Below are positions 13,063 through 48,859 of a stretch of 64,000 nt of DNA, piece by piece. Every line of letters begins with the position of its first letter. Positions within the stretch are counted from its first letter, which is position 1. Both the position numbers and the translations under genes were made by a program. The stretch covers positions 56,420,001 through 56,484,000 of the forward strand of contig NC_043008.1 of the NCBI RefSeq assembly GCF_006345805.1, given 5' to 3'. The notes under the pieces are model-generated. The model had not been told where the DNA came from, ran no database searches, and saw only the letters and a program-made list of their open reading frames with translations. The stretch comes from Octopus sinensis (lineage: Eukaryota).

Positions 13063-13380
13063 TGGAGGCACATGGCCTAGTGGTTAGAGCAGCGGACTCG
13101 CGGTCGAGGGATCGCGGGTTCGAATCTCAGACCGGGCGATGTGTGTGTTTATGAGCGAAACACCTAAGCTACGCGCAGCTCCGGCAGAAGGTAATGGCCA
13201 ACTTCTGCTGACTCTTTCGCCACAACTTTCTCTCACTCTTTCCTCTTGCATCTTGCAGCTCACCTGCGACGGACCGGCGACCCATCCAGGTGGGGAACCT
13301 ATACGCCAAGGAAACCAGGAAACCGGTCCTATGAGCCAGGCGTGGCTCCAGAAGGAACAAACAAAACAACAACAACAACA
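13063..13380 (+). mobile_element. Full-length SINE family C
   Basis: tggcctagtgg A-box, ggttcgaatc B-box, (CAA)n tail. Other copies at 29367-29480 (+, partial) and 41300-41502 (-). Confidence 0.9.
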
Positions 13381-14663
13381 CTTACAGACCTGGTTATAAG
13401 ATATTATTTTAATAAAGTAGGTTATATGAAGGCGTTGAGCTGGCAGAAACAGCCCGTCGGACGAAATGCTTAGTGGCATTTCGTCCGTCTTTACGTTCTG
13501 AGTTCAAATTCCGTCGAGGTCGTCTTTGCTTTTCATCTTTTCGGGGCCGATCAAATAAGCACCAGTTGAGCACTAGGGTCGATGTAATCAACTTATCCCT
13601 CCACTGAAACTGCTGGCCTTGTGCCAAACATTGAAACCAATATGATAAATCATATCAAGATAATATTCTTTTCTACTCTAGGCAGAAGGCCCGAAATTTT
13701 GGGGGAAGGGGGCCAGTCGATTACATCGACACCAGTATGCAACTGGTACTTAATTTATCGACCCTGAAAGGATGAAAGGCAAAGTCGACCTCCGCGGAAT
13801 ATCAAGATAATATTAATAATAATAGTTTTAAATTTTGGTACAAGGTCAGTAATATTAGGGAGTGAGGGCAGTTGACTGATTATATATTTTATGATTTAAG
13901 TTTGCATACCTTCGGAATAGCTAAGGATTGAACTTAAACTAAATTTCATAGTATATTTGAGAGGATTAATAAAATTCTTCGATTAGTAATCATTAGTCGT
14001 GTTCTGGCAATATCGTGCAAGAAGCGAATTTATTCTATAAATGATTCATCAGTGTAACGGAGCAAGCAAGCTTATGAGGACAAGAACTAGAAAGAATCTC
14101 TGAAATAAACGGAAGCAACTATACTGTTACTCAGAATCTTCTTATTTAACCTAGCCAAACTTCCCCAGTTCTCTTATAAATTTTGCTGTAAGGCAGCACG
14201 CTCACCTCAACCCACACATTCTTCTAAAAGTAGTACTTGAAAAAAATACTGAGGGTTTGCTCTTAGAGGAAAGGCGCTGTTCTCGAAACTTTCAATCGCA
14301 ACCACCACGCCATAGAAGAAAACTATTCTCTCCTCCTCGAAACAAGAATGCGATGGACCGATCTTCAGGTTACATCTAGTTTGTGACCGGATTTATCCTG
14401 CAAGTTATAACAGCTGTTTGATATCAATACTACACTAAACGGGTTTGCACCAGATAGTTTCGTCACAGTGCATGCATTTCGAACCGGTTCTGAGGCTGGC
14501 AGATCCAGTGCGATCAAACAGACTAGGCCAGCCAACCACCCTGCTAGATCAAGGACGTCTAGAAATTCCCATAATAACCGACCTGAAGATTCACAAACCA
14601 CAGATTAATTAACAAACTGTCCTCATCGCCGTTTGAATCACTCCCAATGTTACCATGAAGATA

Positions 14664-14718
<55 letters not shown>

Positions 14719-15140
14719 TGACACACACACATATATATATATATATATAAACCAATAACTAAATAAATAATTGATTAATTATAACCGCAATAATCAAGCT
14801 ATTACAAAGATACTTTGTCCTGAATATTGACAATCAATGTGCGCACACATACACTCACACACACTCTCACACACGCATACACACACACACTAGCTCACAC
14901 ACACAAACACACACACAGACATACAAACACACATACGCATATAAAATACATACAGGCATATAAACACGCAAAAAACACCCACATACACACACACACACAT
15001 ATAAACGCACACACAATGATCTCTAGATAGGAGGGAACAAACTAATGCTTATCTCTAGCCAATAGTTAGATAAAAAAAAACCTAAGAATACTATCGCCAT
15101 ATTTGTGACGAAGATAAATGAATCAGATGTAGTAGTGAAA

Positions 15141-15152
15141 CGCCACCTGGCG
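15141..15152. promoter_or_regulatory. Palindromic CGCCACCTGGCG motif (CTCF-like / E-box CACCTG) about 100 bp upstream of the LC3C ATG
   Basis: GC-rich near-palindrome in AT-rich context that resembles the CTCF core CGCCMCCTRG. No functional evidence. Confidence 0.3.
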
Positions 15153-15249
15153 ATCAAATTGTGTTCACCCTGAAAACGCTTTAATACGTAAACTTTCTGA
15201 TCCACTTCATTGAGTGTTCTCATTGACACACAGCAGTAAACAGATCAAC

Positions 15250-37688
<22,439 letters not shown>

Positions 37689-37702
37689 CCAAGAATTTGA
37701 TC

Positions 37703-37869
37703 ATTAAAAGCCAATAAATAAATAGATATATAAACTAAACTTACTTTTTATCTGATCTTACCGAAGAGATTTCTTTGAAAGCTTGGCATATGAACAAACT
37801 CGTTGCTACGAGATAAATATATATGGACACTTTCGATGTTAAAATGATATTTTGTCAGCCATTAATAAA
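37703..37869 (+). terminator. Candidate polyadenylation signals of the LC3C-like gene
   Basis: ATTAAA at 37703, AATAAA at 37713 and AATAAA at 37864, all downstream of the stop. Actual usage is unknown. Confidence 0.35.
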
Positions 37870-38610
37870 AAAAAAAAAAACCCCAAAGACAAATAAAATG
37901 AAAGCTAATGTGTTTAATATCCACACCAAAGAAAATCAAAAAGACTATTTTCGGGAAGATTCAAAGACTTAAAAAAACTAAGCACCTCCTCCCTGCCTCG
38001 CCATTAAAAGACTATGAAAAAAACCCCCAGCAAATCAACAACTGCAGTTTTTAAGTACCATTGCTATATTGGTGCCAAAATTAATGGTAAATACCTACCT
38101 ACCCTTTCTGTATATTTGTGATTTTATGCTTATAAAAGAAATCATTATTGCATCATAAAAAAGACACCGAGCTGGCAGAATCGTTAGCAAGCCGGACAAA
38201 ATGCTTAGCGGCATTTCTTCCGGTTTTACATTTTCAGTTCAAGTTTCGAGCGAAGTCAACTTTACCTTTCATCATTTCAGGGCCGCTAAAATAAGTACCA
38301 GTGAAGAACTGGGAGTCGATGTAATCGACTAGCTGCTCCCCCCCCCCCCAAAAAATGTCAAGTTTTGTGAAAGGGTTATTAGTCGAAAACATTATTGTGT
38401 GATAACAATATTATAATGTGGTAAAAAAAAAAAAAAAATTATATCAGTATGATTCTCTTGTCCGCCACAAACATTTCTGCAATCATTGATTGGTATATTT
38501 AAGGTGTACAAATATTGTGTCTGCATGTTTGCCACGCGTGAGTGTGTCTTAGTGAACTTGAGTGTAAAGATAAGCAAATATATGCTTGTATATATATATA
38601 TTCTATATCT

Positions 38611-38653
<43 letters not shown>

Positions 38654-38750
38654 CACACATCATATATATATACATACATATATATATATAACATATATAG
38701 TATACATGTACATGTTTATACAAAATTGCATGGATTTATATATACAATTT

Positions 38751-38822
<72 letters not shown>

Positions 38823-39374
38823 ACTGACTGACTATCAGACGCTGTTACACATCGCTGGTCACAATGCGCTTTGCATCGTTGCAGCTATCAAATGATGCCA
38901 CACCCTGCGGGCTAAAGCGATCGAAAGGAGGACTGGAGCAACGTCCATTTTGTTTCCTTACACCAAAGCAACATGGTTTTAATGTAAATCTTTTTTTTTT
39001 AACACGTAGCGAGTCAGTATGCCATCTTCTTTGCTTATATCTTACTCACATTTTACGGGAGAATTTTCGATATTTCGTAGCTATAGGCTATATATAATCC
39101 TATAGGCTGTATATAAAGATAATTTTATTTATTTACTATTTATCACCTAATATAGATTCCACATGAGATTCTCAATGCAAATATGATATCAAACAAAAAA
39201 AATAATGCAAAAACGCAAAGAACTCCAAGTTTTGCAGGACACAGACACAATAGTGGCAAATTATATAATCGATGGTTCAGTTCCTGTTGGCGTTTCTGTA
39301 CAAAATTTCCCTATCCAGGATTTGTGTCCAAAGCGTATTTAATTTGTTGGCTGCAAATATTAGTATGCATAATG

Positions 39375-39654
39375 GCGACGAGCTGGCAGAAACGTTAGCA
39401 CGCCGGGCGAAATGCTTAGCGGTATTTCGTCTGCCGTTACGTTGTCAGTTCAAATTCCGCCGAGGTCGACTTTGCCTTTCATCCTTTCGGGTTCGATAAT
39501 TAAGTACCAGTTACGCACTGGGGTCGATGGAATCGACTTAATACCTATGTCTGTCCTTGTTTGTCCCCTCTTGTGTTTTGCCCCTTGTGGGTAATAAAAA
39601 ATAGGTATTTCGTCTGCCGTGTACGTTCTGAGTTCAAATTCCGCCGAGATCAAC
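39375..39654 (+). mobile_element. Family A SINE multimer running into the assembly gap
   Basis: Junction aaaata|ggtatttcg at 39603/4. Confidence 0.85.
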
Positions 39655-39754
39655 NNNNNNNNNNNNNNNNNNNNNNNNNNNNNNNNNNNNNNNNNNNNNN
39701 NNNNNNNNNNNNNNNNNNNNNNNNNNNNNNNNNNNNNNNNNNNNNNNNNNNNNN
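39655..39754. other. Assembly gap (100 N)
   Basis: Run of n. Confidence 1.
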
Positions 39755-39845
39755 ATCGGAAGAGGGCATATATCCAACAAGTTCCAACACACCACACACA
39801 CACACACACCACACACATGACTGTATATGCATGTGCGTATATATA

Positions 39846-39878
<33 letters not shown>

Positions 39879-40048
39879 AATATGTGTTATATATATAATA
39901 TATATCTATATATATAATATATATATATATATTGTGTGTGTGTCTGCATATGTATATGTTCGAGACGTAAAAGTATTTTTTTCTCATTTTCTCACTTTAC
40001 TGAGACTATCAACTGATACTCTGCGTATATATATATTATATATATATA

Positions 40049-40097
<49 letters not shown>

Positions 40098-40734
40098 AAA
40101 CATATATATCTATATATATGTATATGTATATATATATACAATATATATATATATACACATATATGTACTACATATATTTATGTATACATATAGTTATATA
40201 TAAATACACACACACAAATGCACACGCAGACACACGCACATACCCCCACACACACTCACACACACACACACATACACACACACATACACACACACATCAG
40301 TGACGGAATCCAAACGAACGGTCTTATATTATATTAGCAATTGTCTAATGAATTCGGTTTAGAAATATTTGAATACCGTCCACCGTCTGTAGTTTCTAGT
40401 TTTGTAGATTTGCAAGGGTTTTACTTAACAGAACTAGAAACATCTGTTGCACTCTAGAATATTGAGACATTCTGTCGCCTCATACATTGGAGCTGGAAAA
40501 AAAAATGGCATGAAACAACAACTAAAAATTAAACAAAACAAGGTATAAAAAGAAGCTTATATTTTATCGATTCATTTATTTGATTGAGAAGCTTTCACAA
40601 ATATCTGTAAACGACACGTTGTTATTGATATTTACTTTGAAGATTGAACAGTTGGTTCCTTCACGTGAAATTGCTCAATTAAAGTGTATATTGATTCCAA
40701 ATATTGGCACAAGGCCAGTAAATTCGCGGGAAGA

Positions 40735-41275
40735 GGTAAGCCGATTACATAAAACCCGAAAGCGTAAAAGGCAAAGTCGAACATGACAGAATTTGAACTC
40801 TGAACGTAAAGATGTATGAAATATCGCTAAGTATTTTGCCCAGTGAGGTAACGATTCTTATTTCTTTATTGCCCACTAGGGGCTAAACATAGAGGGGACA
40901 AACAAGACCAGACAAACGGATTAAGTCGATTATATCGTACTGGTACGTAACTGGTACTTAATTTATCGACCCCGAAAGAATGAAAGGCAAAGTCGACCGC
41001 GGCGGAATTTGAACTCAGAATGTAACGGCAGACGAAATACATATTTCTTTACTACCCACAAGGGGCTAAATACAGAGGGGACAAACAAGGACAGACAAAC
41101 GGATTAAGCCGATTATATTGACCCCAGTGCGTAACTGGTACTTAATTTATCGACTCCAAAAGGATGAAAGGCAAAGTCGACCTCGACGGAATTTGAACTC
41201 AGAACGTAACGGCAGACGAAATACCGCTAAGCATTTCGTCTGGCGTGCTAATGTTTCTGCCAGCTCACCGCCTGT
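40735..41275 (-). mobile_element. Family A SINE trimer
   Basis: Minus-strand junctions gaaata|tgtatttcg (about 41041) and gaaata|agaatcgtt (about 40860). Confidence 0.85.
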
Positions 41276-42439
41276 TTTTGCATTTTTGTAAGCGAAGTTT
41301 TGTTTGTTCCTTCTCGAGCCATGCTTGGCTCACAAGGGCCGGTTTCCAGGTTTCCTTGGCGTATAGGATCCCCACCTGGACGGGACGCCAGTCCATCGCA
41401 GGTGAGCTGCAAGATGCAGGAGGAAAGAGTGAGAGAAAGTTGTGGCGAAAGAGTCAGCAGAAGGTTGCCATTACCTTCTGCCGGAGCCGCGTGGATCTTA
41501 GATGTTTTTGTAAGCGAAGTAATGTCGCCTAATTCAATACCATTACACTACTGGTATTTGAATTATCTACGCTGTATAAAACTAAAGGGAAAATTCAAAT
41601 CTGAAATAAGATTCTCTCTAAATATATAGTGACTAAACTAAACAATGCAGATACATCATAAATGACGTCTTACCATTACTACAGAATTCCTGGCTTCAAG
41701 CCAAAGAGCCGACACTGAAGAAGTAGACAGATAAGTTACCCTATTGATTGGATCCCCCACAACTTTCTGAAGCATCTACATAACTGTTGATTAGCATTAT
41801 TCATCGTATTTAATGAACGTTAATTACAGATTAGCTCCTAACAGTTCTACTTCAATTACACATGTTTCTCACATAATTTCAATGAACGGTACCAAGATTA
41901 TATTACCAATACAAGATCAATGTAGCAATAGAAATTCCAAAGTAAGAGTGATTGATCGTTGCGTTGCATTTCCAAGCTATTTTTCAAATTTCTAAACTTC
42001 ACGAAAGATTCTGATGAAAACCTTTCATTCTAATCAAGAATGTAAATTTTATTTCAAATGAATTGATTTATTTCATGTAGTTGGTGAAGTTTATGTGAAA
42101 TGAAAACCAGACGTGATAATACGAGTGATAGATACGAAGTCAGAAATTCACTTGGAACTAGAACATGACTATTACTATAATCAAACTGGGGAATAAATTC
42201 CTTCCATTCTTTTCTTCTCTTTGTAAAGACCATTTTAATGTGTGTAACACTAACAACACATACAGGAAGAGGCGCACACACATTTTTGAAGAATACCTCT
42301 TGGAGTGTAGTTCTTCAATTTGTGACTTTTCGGCAAATATGATTTCTACAAATGTGACTTTAATGATAGCGTTTTCGATGGAAGTGTCGTATCTCCACAA
42401 TACCACACCCCACCCCAACACATATTACATTTATTAGGA

Positions 42440-42665
42440 TGGTGTTTAGATAAATTAAGAGGATTCCGATGGGTGTTTTTTGTTGACCTTTACTTGCCGA
42501 TTTGTGTCTGTCTTCTTGTGAGTTCAGTTTCGTTAATGATTTATGCCGAAGAAAAAAAAGATGGATATGGTCAAACAACTCCGTGGACGCTGCAGATATA
42601 TCGATGATATTTTTATTCCTAATTACAATTATTTCGAATATTTTCCTACCAAAAATATATCTCGA
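42440..42665 (+). mobile_element. Decayed Penelope-like reverse transcriptase fragment
   Basis: FR*IKRIPMGVFC*PLLADLCL, then a frameshift to RYIDDIF. This matches PLE RT motifs (Q..GIPMG..CAPLLADL; RYIDD). Confidence 0.75.
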
Positions 42666-42979
42666 ATCGGGCAGCGTGTTGTGCTCTTTAGCAAATCACT
42701 TCATTTCACGTTGCTCTAGGGCTGCTTGGGGTGCAGCATGTTAGTAAATAGACCCAATGTTTCCTCTGTGTGTTGTATTCGGTGACTACAAAGGGTTGAG
42801 GATTGGCACTCCGGCCTCGTAAAACCCTCAACAGCAACGGCTACTCAAAGAAATCTGTAGATTGGAGAGTTGTCACCTGAGTGGTGCGGGAGCGTCATCT
42901 GCCAGAAGCACTGGGGGGATAACCAACAAATGGTGGATGCAGCGGCGTGCTGTTACAGCGCATGCCCCATACTACTACA

Positions 42980-43046
<67 letters not shown>

Positions 43047-44539
43047 ATAATAATAATAATAATACAAGGGTTGCTATGTGTTGTAATCATTTGTTAGTGT
43101 GTTATTACTTCGGTTACCAGATCTTGATGTATTCATTCTTTTTTTAGATTGCTAGCTGTATAATTAAGAGAAGATTCTTCTTGTTGAATCTGGCTGGATA
43201 TTGAGCGATGTTAGGTGTTGTGGAATAGGCTAGCTAAATTGTATGTCGGTTAAATATCTTGTGATACGAGATAGATGATGGGAAATGCTTATCCAGATCT
43301 CTGAAGAATACATACATTAAAGTGAAAAGAATTTGCGTTTTACTTGTGTTGCTTTAAATAATCGTAAAACTTCCCCAGCCATTTATTTATTTGTCTCTCT
43401 ATTTATTCCTATTTCTTTATTCATAGCTATCTATCTATCTCTCTTTATACACATTGAATCTAAAATTTTGAAAACGTGGTTTCGTGTATATTCGGAGTCT
43501 CTGTCATCGAAAACATAGGAACCTGCTGAAAAATATCGGAAATGTCTGTTTTTGTGTGCACGTGTGTGCGTGTGTGTGTGTGGGGAGGAGGGGTTGACTA
43601 TGCGTGAGGTCCGCAGGAGAGGAGGGGTGAAATGCGAAAAATTAAAAATTTGGTAGAAGCGGAGCATTTTAAACTTGAAAAAGGTAGTTTAAAAAAAATT
43701 TCGGAAACAGTTCAAGATTTTTAATTTCGGAAGGGGAAGGGACGAAATTATTTTTTTTTTGCATTTTCGTAATCTCCGACATCTAAAACGTAGGAATTCG
43801 AAAAACTATTTTTAAACAAAAAAATGTACTTTTCAAGGAGAGTTGCGAAACTGCATTAGCCCCGTTCCCTCTTCGTATTTATTCACGTTTCACTGGCACG
43901 TAAGACCATACCCTGATTACATTTGAGCACATCTTTTATTGAGGCAAAAATCTCCACCTTGCGCTGACCTTATTTTCTTCGAGTGAACCCGTATCAGTGC
44001 ATAATAACCCTGTGCACCAGATAAACTTACCCCTTTAAATCTATTTCCTTGCTTCCCACCTCAAATTGATCTTCCGAAAAGTTTTCAAACTGCTCATATT
44101 TTGTTTTCATATAGTTCGTTTTAAAGACTCTTCCTGAACTAGTTGTTTTCAGGTTTGCCAACACAATGTAGTTTGATAGTGATATCTAAGTGTCGTCATG
44201 GATTAATATCTTCCGCTTGAATGTGGAAACCTGCCCACGCGAAACTGCGAAGATGCAGTCAATATTTATCTTGTAAAAAGAAATTACAGACTATTTAAAT
44301 GCAGTAGTGTTATTTTTAGAGTTAATAGTTAAAATTTAGTTGTTTTTATGCAGAACTGTACATAAAAACACACAAGATGTTAAAATATATCTATATCTAT
44401 ATACGTGTATATGTGTGCGCATATATATGTACTTATATAAAACTATAGAATGAGCGGATTCCTTAGTGTGGTAAGGACTTTTAAGTTAAACTGGTTGAAT
44501 AGATTCATTTTAGTGGATAAACATTGTATGAATAAGTGC

Positions 44540-44588
<49 letters not shown>

Positions 44589-44653
44589 ACACACACACAC
44601 ACACACCACACACACACACACAAACACACACACCACACACACAAACCAACACC

Positions 44654-44684
<31 letters not shown>

Positions 44685-44745
44685 AACACACACACGCACA
44701 CACACAGTCACATATATATATATAAGGATGTATGTATGCATATAC

Positions 44746-44790
<45 letters not shown>

Positions 44791-44843
44791 CATGTATGTA
44801 GGTATGTTTGTATGTAAGTATATATTTGTATATATACATATGT

Positions 44844-44885
<42 letters not shown>

Positions 44886-45734
44886 ATATATACATATATA
44901 CATATATACATATACATATGAGTATATATAAATATGCATCCATATACGTACATGAAGACAGTAGCACAGACCTAGACGTACTTACATTGGATGAATCGGT
45001 TGATCTCATGCTTTTACTTATAACCTGTGGAACACTAAAGAGACCGTCTTTTGGACATATATCAACACAGTGTTCTGATTGACTGCTTCATGTATTATTT
45101 ATCCTATATATTTATATATGTATATTTTGACTTACCAATTGCTATATTTGTTTGCTATCTGTTTGTCTTCTTTTATAGTTACTTTTGTTATCATTTTTAT
45201 TGTTGCCGGTGGCGCTGTTGGTGTTGTTGTTTTTGTGGTAGAACTTCTTAGAAAGTTCTATTATCTTTAACGCTGTGTGAACATTGGAATTGCCTCTCTA
45301 CTCCGTTTTTCTTGTGTAACACAGCAGACCGTTAATAGTCGTAGTCTCTAATGCTCTTGTCCTAATGGTAATTCCAATTCTCAGCTGTATAAGACATATC
45401 GCCATTCAATATTAATGTCATCTTGGGGTACTTGTTGTTGTTGTTGGAAGTGGTGGTGGTGGTGGTAGAAGATCAGGGATGTGCTGTGAAATGAGGTTCG
45501 TCCTGATGCTGGTGATTAATATTCTAGGTGCAATGAGCTTTAGTAGCTCTCTCTCTCTCTCATGCACACGCACACACACATACATGACATATAGACACAT
45601 AGAAACAAACACATACATACAAGTACATAAAACATGGCGGTGATATTTTCTTTCCAAACTTCCTCTCCAGTATAGTATCTATTAAGCTGATTTGATAATG
45701 TAATACTTTGTCTGCTCACACACACACATGCTTG

Positions 45735-45787
<53 letters not shown>

Positions 45788-45847
45788 GTATACATATAAC
45801 ACAGTTATGTACGTATTTATATTGCTATATATATATATACATACATA

Positions 45848-45878
<31 letters not shown>

Positions 45879-46167
45879 TATTGGATTAACTTTATATATA
45901 TGTGTGTATGTATGTATGTATGTATGTATGTATGTATGTATGTATGTATATATAAAGTTATCACCAGCTCATCACTCAGGCCAGAGGAGTGTTCTAAATG
46001 ACTTGATGTATTTACACGTATTTGTCTACGTCTGGAAATTTTCTCCATGACAAAATACAGTGAATGACTATCTTACGGTTTCGAATGTGTTTCAAGAATA
46101 CTTGAACTGATAACAAGTTTATATTTATATATGTCGCTGCTTAGCGCTTCTTGTTCGTGTAAATATT

Positions 46168-46215
<48 letters not shown>

Positions 46216-46484
46216 TCGCACACATACACACACGTGCACACACATTTATGTATCTACTTACATTCACATAAACTTATTTACGCATATATGTATATCAACA
46301 TTTATGAATATATGTGTGCGAGTGTACGTATCTGTGTCTATGTATATGTATTTGTATGTCCATGTATATCCGTCTGTACGTATGTATGTATGTATGTATG
46401 TATGTATGTATTATGTATGTATGTATGTATGTGCGTATGTATGTATATATTTATGTATGTATGTATATATCTGTCAATCAATCA

Positions 46485-46523
<39 letters not shown>

Positions 46524-46549
46524 ATCTATCTATCTATCTATCTATCTAC

Positions 46550-46639
<90 letters not shown>

Positions 46640-46723
46640 GCATGTGTGTCTGTCTGTCTATCGAGCTAATTTACATAAACAAACGCTCGCATTTACAAAC
46701 CTTATTATTATATACCACACATA

Positions 46724-47045
46724 AGGCAGCGAACTGGCAGAAACGTTACCACGCCGGGCGAAATGTGTATCCGTATTTCGTCAGCCGCTACGACTTTGCC
46801 TTTCATCCTTTCGGGATCGATTAAATAAGTACCAGTTACGCACTGGGGTCGATGTAATCGACTTAATCCGTTTGTCTGTCCTTGTTTTCCCCTTCTCTGT
46901 GTTTGGCCCCTTGTGGGTAGTAACGAAATAGGTATTTTGCCGTGTCTTTACGTTCTGGTTCAATTTCCGCCAGGGTCGACTTTACCTTTCATCCTTTCGA
47001 GGTCGATAAATTAAATACCAGTTACGCACTGCGGTCGATGTAATA
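46724..47045 (+). mobile_element. Family A SINE dimer
   Basis: Junction gaaata|ggtatttt at 46930/1. Confidence 0.85.
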
Positions 47046-47206
47046 TACTTAAGCTCGGTACCTATAGTAGAAAGGATTATTACATACCACACATCCAAAT
47101 AACTTACCATTAACCTATCAAACGGAAACGTACAAATGTATATAAATATATAGACAATACATATAACCAAAAATTAAATGCAATATACGTAGACACGTAT
47201 ATATAT

Positions 47207-47240
<34 letters not shown>

Positions 47241-47269
47241 CATATGTATTCACAATTTTGATTAGTTGA

Positions 47270-47560
47270 AATATGTTTGTCACATATTTCGATTGCTAAA
47301 TGCGAGTACACTGCAGTTACTGTGGAGAAAAATCTCTCCTATGGTAAAAAGTGTGAAAATACCGCGTTCGTTCAGTGTCGCCGTCTCTCGGGAATCTCAG
47401 TCACATAAACTCGAGACATCGATGTCTGAGATTCCTGAGAGAAGGTGACACTGAACGAACGGGGTTTTATCACACCTTTTTATCAAAAGAAATTTTTTAG
47501 TCCACGGTAACTTCAGTACATTTGCCTTTAGCAGACGATATATGTGACAAATTCATATAT
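47270..47560. repeat. Foldback palindrome (about 130-bp arms); a direct partial copy follows at about 47645-47695
   Basis: tttgtcacatat...cgttcgttcagtgtcgcc...gggaatctcag versus ctgagattcc...ggtgacactgaacgaacg...atatgtgacaaa. Confidence 0.85.
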
Positions 47561-47953
47561 ATATATATATATATATAATATATATATATATATATACATA
47601 TCTGAGTAATGACGCTAAGCAGTGTTTACGTATAATCCCAATTTAGGTTAGTTGAAATATGTTTGTCTCATATTTCGACTGCTAAAGGCAAATATCTTCT
47701 CTCCTTGATTCTTTCTGTGTTCCTTTCTGTGAAAGAGCGTAGGCTCGAAACGTTAAATACTTTTCCACTTCCCGAACGTTGAACTAATACATCTGTTTGT
47801 TGTCTACACCACCTGTCTTCGATTATTTTTTTGTGAATTCTCCATGTATGTATGTATGTATGTATGTATGTATGTATGTATGTATGTATGTATGTATGTG
47901 TGTATGTAAGTATGTATGTATGTATGTATGTATGTATGTATGTGTGTATACGT

Positions 47954-47997
<44 letters not shown>

Positions 47998-48100
47998 TGT
48001 GTGTGCATGTGTGTGTTATATAGGGAATGGCTGTTTGTTTCCCAATCACATGATTTCCGATTCTAACTTTCTATTTTCTGTTTGCTTGTCTGTCTGTTAT

Positions 48101-48145
<45 letters not shown>

Positions 48146-48859
48146 GTTGTGAATTCAAATAAGTGCCAGTCATATACTCGCGTCCATTGTATTGTCTATG
48201 TCTTCCCTCTGTATATTGAGTCAATGAATACCTTGAAGAAAAGGCAAAGAAGCCACTACTTGGTTGTTTGATCCAGCAGAAATAATATCTAATCACCGGA
48301 ACATCATTGATAGACTGAAAAAGGTTCAGCTGTCAGCCTGCCTGTCAGCCTGTCCCTCTCTCTCTCTCGAACTTCATCGATCGGGTTATCAAGAATTTCA
48401 GTTACAGCAACACTCCACATTACATTATTTTGTAATTGAATGTTATCAATATGGATTATTAGACTTTTAACCGAGTTTGGAAAGAGGAGATTTCCTTGAT
48501 AGCTGCTGGGTTCTCTAAATCCATATTTTATATCAATCATATGTACACATGCATGTATATATGTCATTATTCAATTTATTTCAAGATTCCTCGCCAATTG
48601 AGAAAGACCTGGGCTTTTAACCGAGATCCAAAGTTCCTTCATTGGAATTTTAACATCAACAACAGAGTATTTTTGTTCGTATGTATGTATGCATGTATGT
48701 ATACATGTAGATAGGTAGGTACGTACATATATATATGTAGGTAGGCGTATAGTTGTGTATATATATATATATAAACACACATATACATCTATATATATAT
48801 ACGCATATATATATGTATATATATATACATATATATATGTATATACTTTACGAATGAGT

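Larger units (their letters stand above)
10050..13810. mobile_element. Dense cluster of family A tRNA-headed SINEs (Meta-domain-like core) in both orientations
   Basis: Repeated head ggcgagctggcagaaacgttagc and core gcctttcatcctttcggggtcgataaa..agtaccag. Copies at about 10051-10175 (-), 10700-10900 (-), 10985-11200 (-), 11240-11410 (-), 11500-11700 (-), 11776-12007 (+), 12030-12160 (-), 13430-13645 (+) and 13650-13800 (-). The Meta-domain assignment is from memory of SINE core consensus. Confidence 0.85.

Noticed and set aside
13063-13140. tRNA-like sequences with A and B boxes (also 3119, 25761, 29367, 33113)
   Set aside because: They continue into shared SINE bodies and tails and lack a proper acceptor stem, so they are SINE heads rather than tRNA genes.
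14440-14612. Open + strand frame (NGFAPDSF...EDSQTTD*) near the LC3C start
   Set aside because: There is no recognisable homology, clear start or splice acceptor.
37864-37880. AATAAA plus A-run suggesting a processed pseudogene
   Set aside because: The gene has three canonical introns. The A-run is genomic and would only cause internal oligo-dT priming.
42054-42437. Overlapping 75-90 aa ORFs in unique-looking sequence
   Set aside because: No domain is recognised and there is no convincing exon boundary.
43430-43860. Possible third Helitron starting TC-TTTATA
   Set aside because: No hairpin-CTAG 3' end was found.
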